A stretch of 64,000 nt of DNA from NCBI GenBank assembly GCA_963575745.1, contig CAUYUJ010000001.1:1240001-1304000 (forward strand), in the 5' to 3' direction. A program made the position numbers and the translations under genes. The notes beneath the pieces were generated by a model. It was not told the DNA's origin. It saw only the letters and a list, made by a program, of their open reading frames with translations, and searched no databases. Below, piece after piece: positions 1 to 12,811 of this stretch (its first letter is position 1; the number at the start of each line of letters is the position of its first letter). Source of the stretch: Prorocentrum cordatum (Eukaryota).

Positions 1-2629
1 AGGCGCATCCTGTGCGCGTGTTGGCTTCTCCTCCCGTGAGGCGGGCTCTTTTGGGGCTGCTGCCGCAGCCCCCGGCGTGGCTGGTGCATCTTGTGCACTT
101 CACAGCCCCTGGTCCCGCTGCCCCTTTTTCCTCCTCCGCCTTTGTGAACACGCCTGCGATTCAGGCGGTCTGGAACCGTCTCCTTGCGGAGGCTGTTTCT
201 TTTGTTCAGGAGGAGATCGGATCCGACGGCTTTTCGTCGGGATCCGATTAGGTGGCAGTTATTATCATGGTGATGCCATATATATAGATATCGAACGCTG
301 CGCGCTCGGCCTCTTCTGCAAAACTCCGCCGCCTTTCTGGGCATTCCGCCTGCCCCCCCCCCAAGAGTTTTCGACCCCTCCCCCTGACTGGTTCCGAGTA
401 GATGGCCTGGCCATATTGTGTTTTAAAGGAGCGGGCGCAAGCGGGTCGAAGCCAGCGCAGGCGCCGGTCGGGCTACGGGCGGGACGCGCCAGGAACGAGT
501 TGGGGCACAGGAAGGCAGGCAGTAAAACTCGAGGAAAGGGGAAAGAGTCATTCAGAACGTGTACAGATTCGCGGGCGTGCCAACGGTGTGCAAGACCGCG
601 ACAGCGCGGCTGCTTGACAAGCAGTGGGTGGAGCCCACGGAAAACAGGCCGCGGCAGGAAATTAGAATCACCGGGGTAGCCTCTGGGGGCGTCAGACTGG
701 AGATCGTACAGGATTGACCGCTGCACGAGGTGCCAGAAGCTACGGCCCACGTCGTGAGGCAGAAATGTCCGCAGGGCGCCCTGACTTCGGATCCGCCGTA
801 CTTTGGCTGATGCTCCGATGTATTGCGACATGCACCCCCCGCACGGCTCGAAAAAGCGGAGCGGAAATTTCCGCCTCGGAAGAGTGGGGCGGGCATTTCC
901 ACAAAAGCACGGCGGAAACAGCGACGGCAAAGCAGGGTGGAAATCGGCATCAAAGGACCCTGAAAATCAGGGCGGGCAATTGCGCTTTGACATCGCCCAA
1001 AATACGGCGGCTCCGAAGTCAGAGTGTCCCCGAGGGCGCCTCCCCCTCGAGGGCATCGACAGGGGCTCACCTCTTTCGCTAGGGGCGGACGGCCCGCGAG
1101 AGCCTTGAATCGAGGCCGGCTCTGCTGGCGGAGACCCGTCATAAGGTCGGTTCGGTCTGTGGCCGTTCAAGCGCATCGAATAACGAAAAACCGCACGAAT
1201 AAACATTTAGAATAAGTCAATGTATAGAAAAATGGCAGACAGAAGTTCAGTTCATGAAGGAACATAGCCCTTCACGGAGGTCCGCGCGGATTTCTTGAAT
1301 CGGCGCTCGGCCACTCTGGAAGCGCCTCCGGCGCCGTTCCTGGCGCGTTCCGCACGCCAGGGAGAGGGGGGTCCAGCGCCGACTCAAGAAGTCCGTACGG
1401 GCCTCCGAAAGTCTATGTCCATGCCGTTTGCTCTCCCTCTGAGTGATGCACGGGCCGCCCCGTTCCGAGCTGGGCCTCGGGAGAGGATAAGATACCAATA
1501 CCGATACCACTACCCTTCCCTCGTCGCCACGGCTGGATTCACCTCGACAGGCTGGTCAGATCGCACCCCTGGAGTCCAGGGATCACCCTGGATGGGATAT
1601 TTATCAGGGGGGGAGGAGATCAATCTTTCCGACGGAGCTTGCCCATTCCCCCCCCCCTTTCCTCCTCCTCCTCCTCCTCCTCCTCCTCCTCCTCCTCCTC
1701 CTCCTCCTCCTCCTCCTCCTCCTCCTCCTCCTCCTCCTCCTCCTCCTATTCCTTCCCCTCTTTCTCGAACCCCCACTCCGCCCGTTCTGACAGCAGCGCC
1801 CACCCCCATCCCCCGAATCCAAGGGGGAGGGGGCGATGCTTGCCCTATCCAGAGCAGCGGTATCGGTACCTTCTTGCCTCCCGAGGATCGCGATTCCATT
1901 CCCAGCCCTCCGCAGCTTCGCGTCGGCGAGATGGGCTCTCGCGGGCCGCTGGGCCCGTGTGAGTTGCGCCGCGCAACCTGATGTGTGCCTCTTGTGGGCG
2001 GAGGCCGGGCGATCGGGAGACCGTAGGCCGGAGGGGGGCAGCGTGCCAGCGCGAAGGTGGCCACAGGTTTCCGTGCTGTTTCCGTGCTGTTGGCGACGGC
2101 TTCGGTGTGGATTCGACGCGGAAACGACGAGTCCGACACGGATTCACACGGATTCGACGCGGACAGGGGCGGCGACGAGACGGGCAAAGCCCCTCGAAGA
2201 TGCAACATTGGCCAGATCTGCCGCAGCTCTTTTGCACACCACGCACACACTCTTCTTGCGCCACGCGCCTGCACCTGCTGGTCACAGACGGCCTGAGGAG
2301 GCGTAGCATTCGACGCGCACGCACGTGTGTTCAGCGTGCCGCCGTCGGCTTTGCATCACTTGCGACGGTTGCGCCGTGCGGCCGGAAGGCAAAGAGTGCC
2401 CGCTGTTCCTCGCGATATGCGGCAAGTACGCCAAAAACAAGGACGGCGAGGGCAACGCAGCGCCATAATAGATATGATACGTGTATGTTCCCTTCCTGGT
2501 CCTCCTGTTACCCATCCTGCTCGCATCCTTCTCGGCGACTGTTTTCGCAGCCTCTCCCATCACTGAGCCACCTCGGCCGTCGATGCGCCCTATTCCCCTG
2601 ACCACTCCCCCTCCTCCCTCTCTCCTTAT

Positions 2630-2672
2630 CACTCTCTCTGTCTCTCTTTTGCTCTTTCTCTCTCTGTCCCTG

Positions 2673-2716
<44 letters not shown>

Positions 2717-2717
2717 G

Positions 2718-2784
<67 letters not shown>

Positions 2785-2927
2785 ATATTTCTCTCTCTCT
2801 CTCTTTCTCCCTCGTTTTTTTGTCTCTCTCTCTCTCTCTCTCTCTCTTTGTCTCGCTCTCTCTATTTCTCTCTGCTTATATGTATAGCTCTCTCTCTCTC
2901 TCTCTCGCTCTCTCTGCGTCACTCTAT

Positions 2928-2967
<40 letters not shown>

Positions 2968-3182
2968 TTTATGTGTATATATACATATACATATATATAT
3001 ACATGTGTCTCTCTTTCTCTCTCTCTATTTTTCTTGTCAATATAGCTTAATTCATCGCTCGATGTATCGCTATATCTGTCTGCATCTAGTTTGTGTTAGC
3101 ATTCTCTCTGTCTCTATGCACATATATAGGTATATATTTATATGTATATATATGTGTGAGTGTGTACAAATTTATGTGTATG

Positions 3183-3221
<39 letters not shown>

Positions 3222-3530
3222 CGATCCCTGTCTCTTTCTGTATAAATTTGTATACATATATGTATACATTAAAGATATGTATATATTTGTATGTATGTAT
3301 GTATACATTTCCCTGTCTCTGTCCCATTATATGTATGTAAATGTTTGCATGTATCACGACGCAGCCTTTTTTTTTATCTAAATGTACACATGCATACCTA
3401 CATATAGACAGAAACGCATAATTACACATCTACAGGCTTAACGACATAACCAACTATATATATATGTATATATATATACACACATACATACATACATACA
3501 CACACAACAATAGTTATATCGTTATATACA
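2630..3530. repeat. (CT)n and (TA/CA)n microsatellite block
   Basis: Directly visible. Confidence 0.95.
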
Positions 3531-3559
3531 TAAAAAAAAATCCCCCCCCCCGCTGTCCA

Positions 3560-5474
3560 ACAGGTCGACGAGGGCCCGACCGTAAGCGGCCGCCGGTTAC
3601 CTGACGAGGCGGCGATCACGCGAACGCTCACCCGCGCCGCTCTGTGGACTCGCGCCAGCAATGCCCCGAGCGCAGAATACCTCCGACTCGTGGCGCGGCT
3701 GCGGCTCGAGGGCGTGGCAGCGGGTGACAAGTACCACGCGTACCAGCACGTGGAAGACGTCACTTTCCTGGCGGCGCGCTGCGCGCGGCATTTCGATGCG
3801 CTGGACTTTGGGGCGCCTCTGGGCGGCTTGGGGATGCCCAGCTCCTGCGCGCTCCTCGTCGACGGCGCGCCTGTCGGGGGGGGGGGGCGCGCGCGGGCGG
3901 CACGGCAACGTCGAGGTGATATGCCTGAGCTCCGTGAGCCCGCGCACGCACCGCTTGCATTCTTAGCTCGCCGGCTGGTGGCCCCCCTCCGCGGGCCACG
4001 GAGGCGACGCCCCAGCGGTCGGAGCCCTGCAGGCTTTGGAGCACTCGCCTTTGGCACTGAAGCTACCCGAGTTGCGAGCGCGGCTGACGCTCGCGGCGGG
4101 CGACGGGGCCGCGGTCCGCGGGTGGCCCGACCGGGCGAACCCGGCACAGGCGCCGCAGACATTAGATGGGGCATTGCCCATCCCCGGGCCGGCGGGCCCC
4201 GAGTCAGCGCTGCGGCCGCGCCCGGGCCGCCCGAGTCCGCGCTGCCCCGCGCGACTACCGTCGCCATCTGCACAGAGTCGGACAAGATGCATCGAGAAGA
4301 TATCGCCATGGCGCGCGCGATTAAAGGGACACCCATGGCAGAAGAACTTTTCTTGCTCGCCAGCATGATGGACAAAATGTTCCACCTGGGCGATGGAAAC
4401 GCGCTTCTGCGGACAGCAGCGCAGGAGGCTGGCGCGGTGACCCTTCGGAGTGCGCGAATGCCGGGCGGCGCGCGCAAGGCAGTGGCCTTGACCCGAGAGC
4501 CTGGCCACCTCCTCGACAATTTCCAGGCATGCGCCAACGGCTTGCGCTCGAGGGACAAGTGGCGCCGTCGCAACAAGACCGCAACGCACAGCGCCAATGC
4601 CTCGGTGGACGCAGGTCGGCGACTTACGGCAGTGGAGTTCGCGGCGTTTGCCCTTCTGTTCCACGACTGCACGCGCCGGGCGGCGGCGCCGTGGACTGCG
4701 GTCGCGCAGAGCGAGGCTTCGAGCCATGGGTCCTGGAGGCGCACAAACGCAGACGCGAGATATGTCTGCGCGCAGCCCTTTCCGCAGCGCGGCGGCTTCG
4801 AGAGTTCGCCCGCGTCGCGGTGCCACTCTGCCAGCGCGCAACGCCGGGCGAGCGGCGGCGCCTCATGGAAGCCGCCTTCCACGCCAAGCCGGGCGATTTC
4901 TTCCAGGTCGACGGCTGCGACGACAGCGCTCAGCACCAGTGGGGGGGATTGTTCCTTACGTTTCTGTCGGCGCTGCCCGCGCTTCTGCGCGGGGGGCGCC
5001 CCCACTTTCCAGAACTTGGAGTTGGCGCGTGCCCCTGCGCCACCCGGGCAGGAGCACCTGCAACGTCTCGGGCCCCATTGCCAACGCAGCTTCGTGGCGA
5101 GAAACACGCACGGGCGGCTACTCTGGAAAGGGAGGCCGCGCCAGGTGCAGATGCCTTGCTGGGTGGCCACTGCGCAGGCAGGCGGGGCCAAGCCGCTCCC
5201 CGATTCCAGGCCCGACGGCGAGCGAAGGGGCGCAAGCCGGGGGGGGGGGGCAGCGTCGCCGTTTTTGGAGGCTCGCGCCCGTCCGCTTCCACTACCGGGA
5301 CCCCGCGAGCCGGCCGCCCCCGGGCGTGGACATGGCCGGCAAGTTTCGCAATCGCTTTCACCAAGTGCAGGTGCCAGGAGGTGGGTTGGGTCGGGTGGGT
5401 CGCTGCCAAGCGCCGCGCGGGCTGCCGCTCGTCCTCGGCGACGCGGACGCCGGGCTTGCGGCCATCGAGGGCTA
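3560..5474 (+). pseudogene. 5' part of a decayed hAT-like transposase gene, interrupted by the 22.6-kb element
   Basis: Frameshifted protein-like segments (LRLEGVAAGDKYHAYQHVEDVTFLAA, ELFLLASMMDKMFHLGDGNALL, …GDADAGLAAIEGY) that continue in frame at 28077. Confidence 0.6.
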
Positions 5475-5690
5475 CCTGGGGAATCCAATTCTCCGGCGCG
5501 TCATCAAAATTTTGACACGTGCACCCAATTTTTCGACACGGTGCTCAATTATATGACACGTCTGTTTTATGACACATCCTGGTGTGGTGGTTTTGTTCGC
5601 CGGGTGGATTTATGAACCGGGCATCGCTGTGATGTTTGCCGGGCACGATTTACGCTACATCGCCGGCCCGTGTATCATAAAACCAAAGGT
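5475..5690 (+). repeat. Left TIR plus subterminal repeats of the 22.6-kb element
   Basis: CCTGGGGAATCCAATTCTCC followed by TTTTGACACG, TTTTCGACACG, TATATGACACG, TTTTATGACAC and an inverted GTGTATCATAAAACC (~5670-5684). Confidence 0.85.
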
Positions 5691-6642
5691 GTGGGTCTCC
5701 TCGGTGGCGCGTAGCTTGCTTTTGTCGTCCCGTGTTGCTCGGCTTGCGGATTTTGTGCTGTCGGTTCTTTCGGTTGCGCTCTCCCTTGCGCTACGTGTTG
5801 TTGTTTTTTCAAGGCCCTGTGCCTCAGTTTGCCGCCCGATGTGTGCAGAAAAAATCTTCCTCTTGTCCTCCTTCGCCTCGCCCCCCCCCCTCACCTCCTC
5901 GCGTCGTTCTCGTCGTCGAAGGATTTCCAGGGTAATCCAAGGGCTTCCAGGCGCCCAAGGATCCGAGCGTTTTCATTGAAAGATTTCCAGGGACTCCAGG
6001 GAGGACTCAAGGAAGTCCAGGGATTCCAGGGATTCCAGGAGGACGGGGACAGAAGAGGGAGGAGAAAGGAGGAGGAGGAGGAGGAGGACGAGGAGGAGGA
6101 GGGAGGAAAGGAGAAGAAGGTGAAAAGAAAAAGAGAGGAGGAAGACGACGACGATTCCGTCGCCCGTCGCATCGAGCTCCCCGCCCCGCCCCGTGGGCCC
6201 CGGGCCGCGCGCGGCACCGCCACGCCGGCGCAAATGAAGCTTGGATGGCTGGTGCGCCCCCCTCCCTCGCGCGCGCCCGCGCGCTTGCAATTGCGATCGA
6301 GGGGAGGAGAAGGAGCAACAGCAGGAGAGAGGATGAAGGAGGAGGAAGAGGAGGAGGAGGAGGAGGAGGAGGAGGAGGAAGATAAGGAGGAGAAAGAGGA
6401 GGAGAAAGAGGAGGAGAAGGAGGACGAGGGGAAGGAGGGAGGAGGGACGACTTGAAGGCAGAGGTTTCAGAAACGCCCAGAAATAATATGCGGGGGGGGC
6501 CCAGGATCCCATGAAAAGAACGGCGTTAGCTTCAAGACGCGCCCCGAAAGTATCAAAAGAAGCTCGCCCCCCGCCCACCCACCCGCCCCGCTCCCAACAC
6601 CGCGCCGAACTTTTGGTCCCTCACCCACTCCCTTCATAACTG

Positions 6643-6704
<62 letters not shown>

Positions 6705-6917
6705 CTCTCTCGCTCCAATTGTATTCTCGCTATCCCTTCATCTCTGCCCGCCCCATCCCACTCTGCCCCTACTCACTCCTTCCCTCCCTCCCACCCCTCC
6801 CACCGTTTTCATTGCCATGGCCATTTTTTGTTCAGGGCCATCGTGCTAGATATGATGATGCCAATCATCGCGTTTGTATTGTCCGTGCTTCTCATTCCAT
6901 ATTATCTCATCGCCCCG

Positions 6918-8112
6918 ATGGGGCGCGTTAAGTGCAGCGATGTGAGTTGCGATGACATGAAAACTGTTATCAAAAGTGTTTGGACGTCTATGGACCACGA
7001 TCGGTGCCGCAAGACTCATCGATTCTTGAACTACGAGAAGCCATCCAAAAAGAGCGGATACTCGTGCCAGGATGCTGCCAAAAATGATGCGATCGTGATG
7101 ACTGCTCTGATTAAGCTCAGCCCGTCCGCCCCGCCATACAAGCCCGAGGTTATGAAGTGTCTCAAGGTTCTGAACGATGACCTCGGAAAAACGTTTAGGG
7201 ATCCAGACACGGGCCTGAACAACTGGGCTGATGGTCAGGCCGAGGACCCGCGGGCGGAGACGAAGAGGAGGAAGAGGAGGAGGAAGAGGAGGAGGAAAAG
7301 AAGGGGGAAGAGGAGGAGGGAGAGGAGGAGGAAAGAAGGAGGAGGAAAAGGAGAGAGGAGGAGGAGGAGGAGCAGGAGGAGGAGGAGGAGGAGGCGGAGG
7401 AGGACGTTGAGGATGAGGAGGGCGAGAAGGAGGAGGAGGTTTCGCCCCAGCAGGAGTTGCTCAAGTTGTGGCGGATGATTCTGAAATGGCCCAAGCGCGG
7501 GGAGACGTCAAAGACCCCGTGGTTAAACGAGATCAAGCGGATGAGGCGGGAGCTCATCGGCGACGATGATGATGATGAAGACGATGCAGAGGAGTCCCCG
7601 GGCATAACGTCCGCAGCCTCCATGCATTCTCCCAGGAAGGCCCCGAGAAGGGCCACGACTTGAAGCCCTGGGCCCTGAGAGGAGCCCCTTATACGTCCTC
7701 CTTCCCCGCATCACCCTCCCCCTCCCCTTCCCGCTTCGGCGCTTGCAGGTTAAGCCGACGCGGGAAGGAGATGGAGGACGATGCTGAGGAGAAAGATGAA
7801 AACCCCATCCTCTCTCGCGACTTGCTCGTATCCGTAACAGGACTCCCAGCCCGTCGGCGACTCCCAGACCGTCGGCGACTCCCAGTGCGTCGGCGACTCC
7901 CAGCCCGTCGGCGACTCCCAGCCCGTGCCCGTCGGCGACTCCCAGCCCGTCGGCGACTCCCAGCCCGTCGGCGACTCCCAGCCCGTGCCCGTCGGCGACT
8001 CCCAGCCCGTCGGCGACTCCCAGCCCGTCGGCGACTCCCAGCCCGTCGGCGATAGCAAAGACTCGGCGCGGTACGATGGCTGCAACATCGAGGACAACGT
8101 GCATACCCTCCA

Positions 8113-8147
<35 letters not shown>

Positions 8148-10717
8148 CCTTTCTCTCTTCTTCTCCTCGTGATCCTCCTCCTCCTTCTTCTTCTGTTCAC
8201 ATTCATCTCCATCCTCCTCCTCCTCCTCCTCATTATCCTCCTCCCTCTCCTTGTCCTCGTCGTCCTCCTCCTCCCCCTGCTCCTCGTCCTCCTCCTCCTC
8301 CTCCTCCTCCTCCTCCTCCTCCTCCTCCTCCTCTGCCTCCTCCTCATTCTCGATCCCCCTCCTCCTCCTCCTCCTTTCAGGCTCCCCCAAAGCCCACGAC
8401 GTATACCGATCAGCGCATCTGCAACGTGTTTTACACCAGCCCGCGGTCGAGGCATCTTGTGAAACTGGCAAAGCTCAAATTCCTTGACGACTACATGGCG
8501 TGGAGACGCAAACGACGGGTACCCCTGCTGCTTCTGCTGCTGCTTCTGCTGCTGCTCTCACACCTCACACACGCATGTCCCCCCATGTGGCCAGGATGGC
8601 GAACCAGTGCCTGGCGATTTTCTGGACACGAGCTACAACCCACCCAAGTACACCAGAGACTCGCGTCATCGTTTTGTTGATGCTCACCGAGCTTGGAAGG
8701 GCTTACCGCCCATTTATGCCACGGAGGTACCCTTCCCATGCACGCTCTCCTCCTGATAATTGCTCCTCCTCCTTCCTCTTCGGTACTCTTGCAACCGACA
8801 GCGCCTCCTACGCGTCCATCGTGCCTTGACAATTTCGACCTCCAGCCGCTTCTGGACGCGCTTTCCGAAATTGGAGAGAGTGTAGATACGGTCCCCGGCT
8901 CCTCCTCTCCATCCTCATCCTTCTCATCATCATGTTTCTCCTCTTCGTCTTATCTCCCCCTCGGTCGAGTACATCGGCAGAGCGATGCCCAAGTATGCGC
9001 TCTCTGCAGCAACTCTGGCCGCGAACCTTAAGGGCATCAAAGAGAAACTCGTAGAGGCCATCGGCGTCGAGGAGCCACCCCCAGAGGCCAAGAAGCCGAT
9101 CGCTCCTGCTCATCCTTCTCGATTTCCCTCTTCTCCTACTCCTGCCATCGCGATGTCAGGAGGATAGCTTCAACCTGCCGCCGCATTTCGATCACAAAGA
9201 CTTGTTGGGTTTGGAGGATGCGCATCCTGCTCCTTCTGCTAATCCTCCTCCTCCTCCTCCTCCTCAGCCTCGTCCACTTCCCTCCTCAAACCATCCGATT
9301 CTTCCCTCTCGATCCCTGTCGCGCGCAGGAGACTGCGGGCTTGCCATTGGTTGCTGCTCCGCCCGCTCCGCTTCAGCCAGCACTTCCAGGTCCGAACGCC
9401 GCTCAGCCAGCAGTTCAGCCAGCACTTCCAGGCCAGGCTCAGCCAGCACTTCAGCCAGCACTTCCAGGTCCGAACGCCGCTCATGAGCCAGCAGTTCAGC
9501 CAGCACTTCCAGGCCATGCTCAGCCAGCACTTCCATCAGCACTTCAGATAGCAGCTCCCAGCGGATGGCTGACACCAGCAGCACTTCAGTCAGCAGCACT
9601 TCAGCCAGCGCGGCGCTTGAGTCGCAAACGCCCGGTGGAGGTCATTGATTTGCTGGAGGCGGACGGGACCCCTGAGAAGGTGAGGGTGGCGACGCAGCAG
9701 GCGCGCGCTGCTGCTGGGGCGCCAGCCGCGATGAGGCGCCCTGCTGCGGCTTCTGAAGGTTCGGCAACCAACGGAGGTGGAGGATGAGGAGGAGGAAGAT
9801 GAGGAGAACCCTCTCCACCTCCTCCCCCTCCTCCCCCTCCTCCCCTTCCTTCCTCCTCTTTCCTCCTCCTCCTCCTCCTCCTCCTCCTCCTCCTCCTCCT
9901 CCTCCTCTATATCCGTCGAGACCCCTGCAGTTTTGTCCAGCTGTTTTGCCCTGGGACCCATGAGAAAACTTGGTTCGGCCTTCATCTCCCCACGCCCAAC
10001 ACGCCCCCCAGCGGTGCGCTTGCATCTCGGAAAGGCACGGCAAATATCGGCGGCGCACCGAGGGGGTTAGGGGAAGGGTAAAGGGCCCCAAGCAGGCGCT
10101 GTGTTCTCAGACGCCCTGGAGGCTTCTAAAGAGCACAACGCCTTCTAGACAACCCTCCCTCGCCCTCTCCCTCTCCCCCTTGGGCGCCGCCGTCGAGAAG
10201 CCAGCCGCTGCCGTCGCGGACACCGATGGCGAGACCGAGCCCAAGGCGGAGGTCAAGGCCTACACGGATGAGCAGCTGGCTTTCATCTCGACGCTCCCAG
10301 CCGAGTGCAGGCCTCCAAAGGCCATGGCGTGTCGCCGGACGTCCTGCTCCTCCTGCTCCTCCTCCTCCTCCTCCTCCTCCTCCTCCTCCCTCCTCCTTCT
10401 CCTCCTCCTCCTCCTCCTCCTCCTCCTCCTGCTCGTCCTCCCCCTCCTCCTGCTCCTCCTGCTCCTCCTCCTCCTCCTCCTGCTCCTCCTCCTCCTGTCC
10501 AGAGGCTATCATGGAGAGAGCCCAGAACAGCTGGAGGATCGCCCTGGAGCGAGGAATGGTCATTGAAGCGAACCTGAAGAAGCATGCGTTCTGGGTCATA
10601 AAATTCAATGAGGCCCTCAAGGAACCGTGGCCGAGCAGGAATATCTCGTGGCACGGGGTGAACCCCGCCGAGGCCTGGAAGCGTGCTGTGGATCGTGCTA
10701 TGACGAAGGCGGTGTAG
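6918..10717 (+). CDS. Multi-exon gene of unknown function (transposon cargo 1) with DSQPVG and QPALPG repeats
   Basis: Coding-like exons (MGRVKCSDVSCDDMKTVIKSVW…NNWADGQ; LLKLWRMILKWPKRGETSKTPW…; APPKPTTYTDQRICNVFY…; DGEPVPGDFLDTSYNPP…; EAIMERAQNSW…RAMTKAV*) separated by CCT/GGA-rich introns with GC/GT donors. The exon structure is approximate and could represent two genes. Confidence 0.6.
7841..8050 (+). repeat. 18-bp coding tandem repeat (GACTCCCAGCCCGTCGGC, ~11 copies) encoding DSQPVG
   Basis: Directly visible, preceded by an AG acceptor (CCGTAACAG). Confidence 0.9.
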
Positions 10718-11419
10718 GAATCTGTTCACGTGCATCTCGCGCGGTCTGCACTCTGGGGAGCATACATATAACAACCACAGAAAATTAAGTCGAACATGCA
10801 TTGACAGGGTGGGAGAGGCTGAGAAGAATGACGAGGATGAGGAGGAGGAGGAGGAAGAGGAGGAGGAGGAGGAGGAGGAGGAGGGACAAGGACGATCAGG
10901 AGCACGAGAACGGAATACGAAACCGAAGCTGAATCCAGGGGCTGCGAAAGCAATTCAGGCTCGAGAGGTCAGCACCCAGATGACGTCTCGACGCGAGGGG
11001 GGGGATACGCCAACTGCCAAGCGGAATCGCGATGGAGGCGAGCAGGATTGCGAGGAGCCCCCGATTTCGAAAATACCTCGTGCTCCCCGGGCTGTCAATA
11101 AGCTGCTGTTCGTGCTCGCGCCGTTGCTGGCGTTGTTAGAGTCCGATGCTAGCCCGGTGCAAATAGAGGAGCTGGCGGATCAAAACACGATCTGCCGAGC
11201 TCAGCCCTGTCTGCATTGCGATACGGTGGGGGGTGGCATTGGCTAAAGAAACGTTCCTGAAAGCCAGACCTTGGCGTGCCTGGCGGAACCGCGAAGCGGG
11301 CGGCCCGCGACGGGCCGCCCGTCTTTCCCGAGACCCAAGGTTCATTATCCAAACTGTCTTTACCCAATGCCTCCACCGTAAGCCAGGCCTCCATAGTGCA
11401 TGTATACATACCCTCCTCC

Positions 11420-12600
11420 GAGGACCTACGAGGAGTGGAAGTATTTAGTGGGGTGAAGTCGGTATGCAATGGATTTCAGTTTCTCGGCATGCCCTGTGCC
11501 GCCATCGATAAGACATACTCACTCGACAACGATATCCTTACTGCAGCAGGAGCCTGTATAAACGCCCTCTTCTTCAGAGACTGAGAAAGAAGGAGGAGGA
11601 GAAGGAGAAGGAGGAGGTGGGGAATCGAGTGGGAGCTAGGGGGAGACCCCCGTCCCCTCCCCACGACCAGGATTCATGACAATACTACAAACGATACGGC
11701 GGCTCCGTCCATCAAGCCTCACCTGGTGGGCGCCGCCGCGCAGCACGCGGGTGTATATGAGTCGTGGCAGCACACAGCGGAGATCTGGGAACCAAGCGTG
11801 GTCGGGGGTACTGACGACGACGACGACAAGTACGAAGGCGAATGTGAACACGAAGACGAACACGAAAACGAGTCCATGTTTGAGGAATGTTATGTTTATG
11901 TTCTCGCCTCTTAGTTGCTTCGGCCCAGGACCACCGATGACCCAGAGGGTGATACATCTATCGAGTGCGTTAGGGACGCGAATCGGCTGATCGCGAGAGT
12001 TCTCGTCTTGGTGGAATTGGCAGTTATTTGGGGTCACTACTGGATTCTGGAGCAGCCTGTGTCGTCCTTACTTCGAGAGTACCCACAATTCACAAGGACC
12101 GTATCACTCAAACAAACATGATCCCTATAAGTTAATTTCCACGGGGCCCAATCATGATGCCACCCCCTGCCCACAAATCTTGAGATGACGCCCTCAGGAA
12201 ATTCAAGCGTCTCGGAGCGAAGTACACGTTCTTGTGGATGAAATCATATGGAGCCGACAGCCCCAAAGGGAGTGCGCTTTGGGGGAATGCTCCCTACTTG
12301 GAGAAACTGAGTACCCGGCTGCCTAAATCTGAAATACGTTCCGATCCCAGTTTAGATATAACTCGATACTACATGGACTCTCGTGGTGACATGAAAACGA
12401 CTGGTGGGTCAGGACTCAAACCTACACAAGCATACCCCCCAGAGCTAGGGCTAGAAGTTGCGCTGCTACATCGCGAGTTGCTTCAGAATGGCCCGTCTTA
12501 TTTCGAGCAGAAGCGTGATGAACACGACGGGAGTGACCACGACGACTCAGCATCTGACAGTTCGTACTCGTGTATTGATGATCTGGTCTGCATGCAGTGA
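11420..12600 (+). CDS. C5 cytosine DNA methyltransferase-like gene (spliced; catalytic PC appears mutated to PR). Probable extra 5' exon(s) at ~10800-11230
   Basis: Spliced product DLRGVEVFSGVKSV (motif I) … NDILTAAG/FMTILQTIRRL…WWAPPRSTRVYMSR (motif IV) … HYWILEQPVSS (motif VI) … WMKSYGADSPK … LKPTQAYPPELG (motif X-like). Introns ~11550-11670, ~11780-11928 and ~12098-12197 have GA-type donors and AG|G acceptors. Confidence 0.72.
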
Positions 12601-12641
12601 CTGATGTAGCTGCGCTCAAATAAGTTTTGGGCTCTGCTGTA

Positions 12642-12811
12642 GGGCGACGAAATCTATACATATCCACTGCCCCCAGGCCAGGCCCATCCTCAACCCCGCA
12701 GCGGTGTATACGCCACGCCCTCCTGGCTTGGCCAGGAGGGCGCATGCCCAGCTCCTGGGTTCAAGATGGCCATGGTCAAAGAGCAGTGGATATGTATAGA
12801 TTTCGTCGCCC
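12642..12811. repeat. 170-bp unit bounded by a perfect 29-bp inverted repeat (MITE-like or hairpin)
   Basis: GGGCGACGAAATCTATACATATCCACTGC (12642-12670) and its exact reverse complement (12783-12811). Confidence 0.9.

Noticed and set aside
1295..3429. Poly-Pro/Ser/Leu/ER ORFs
   Set aside because: Translations of (CCT)n, (CT)n and (TA)n tracts.
5473..5474. Tc1/mariner assignment of the large element because of the TA duplication
   Set aside because: The enclosed transposase shows CMC-type C(2)C/LH/H(3)H motifs and a long insertion domain, not DD34D/E spacing.
3422..5488. 688-aa minus-strand ORF
   Set aside because: Antisense shadow of the GC-rich decayed transposase, with no motifs.
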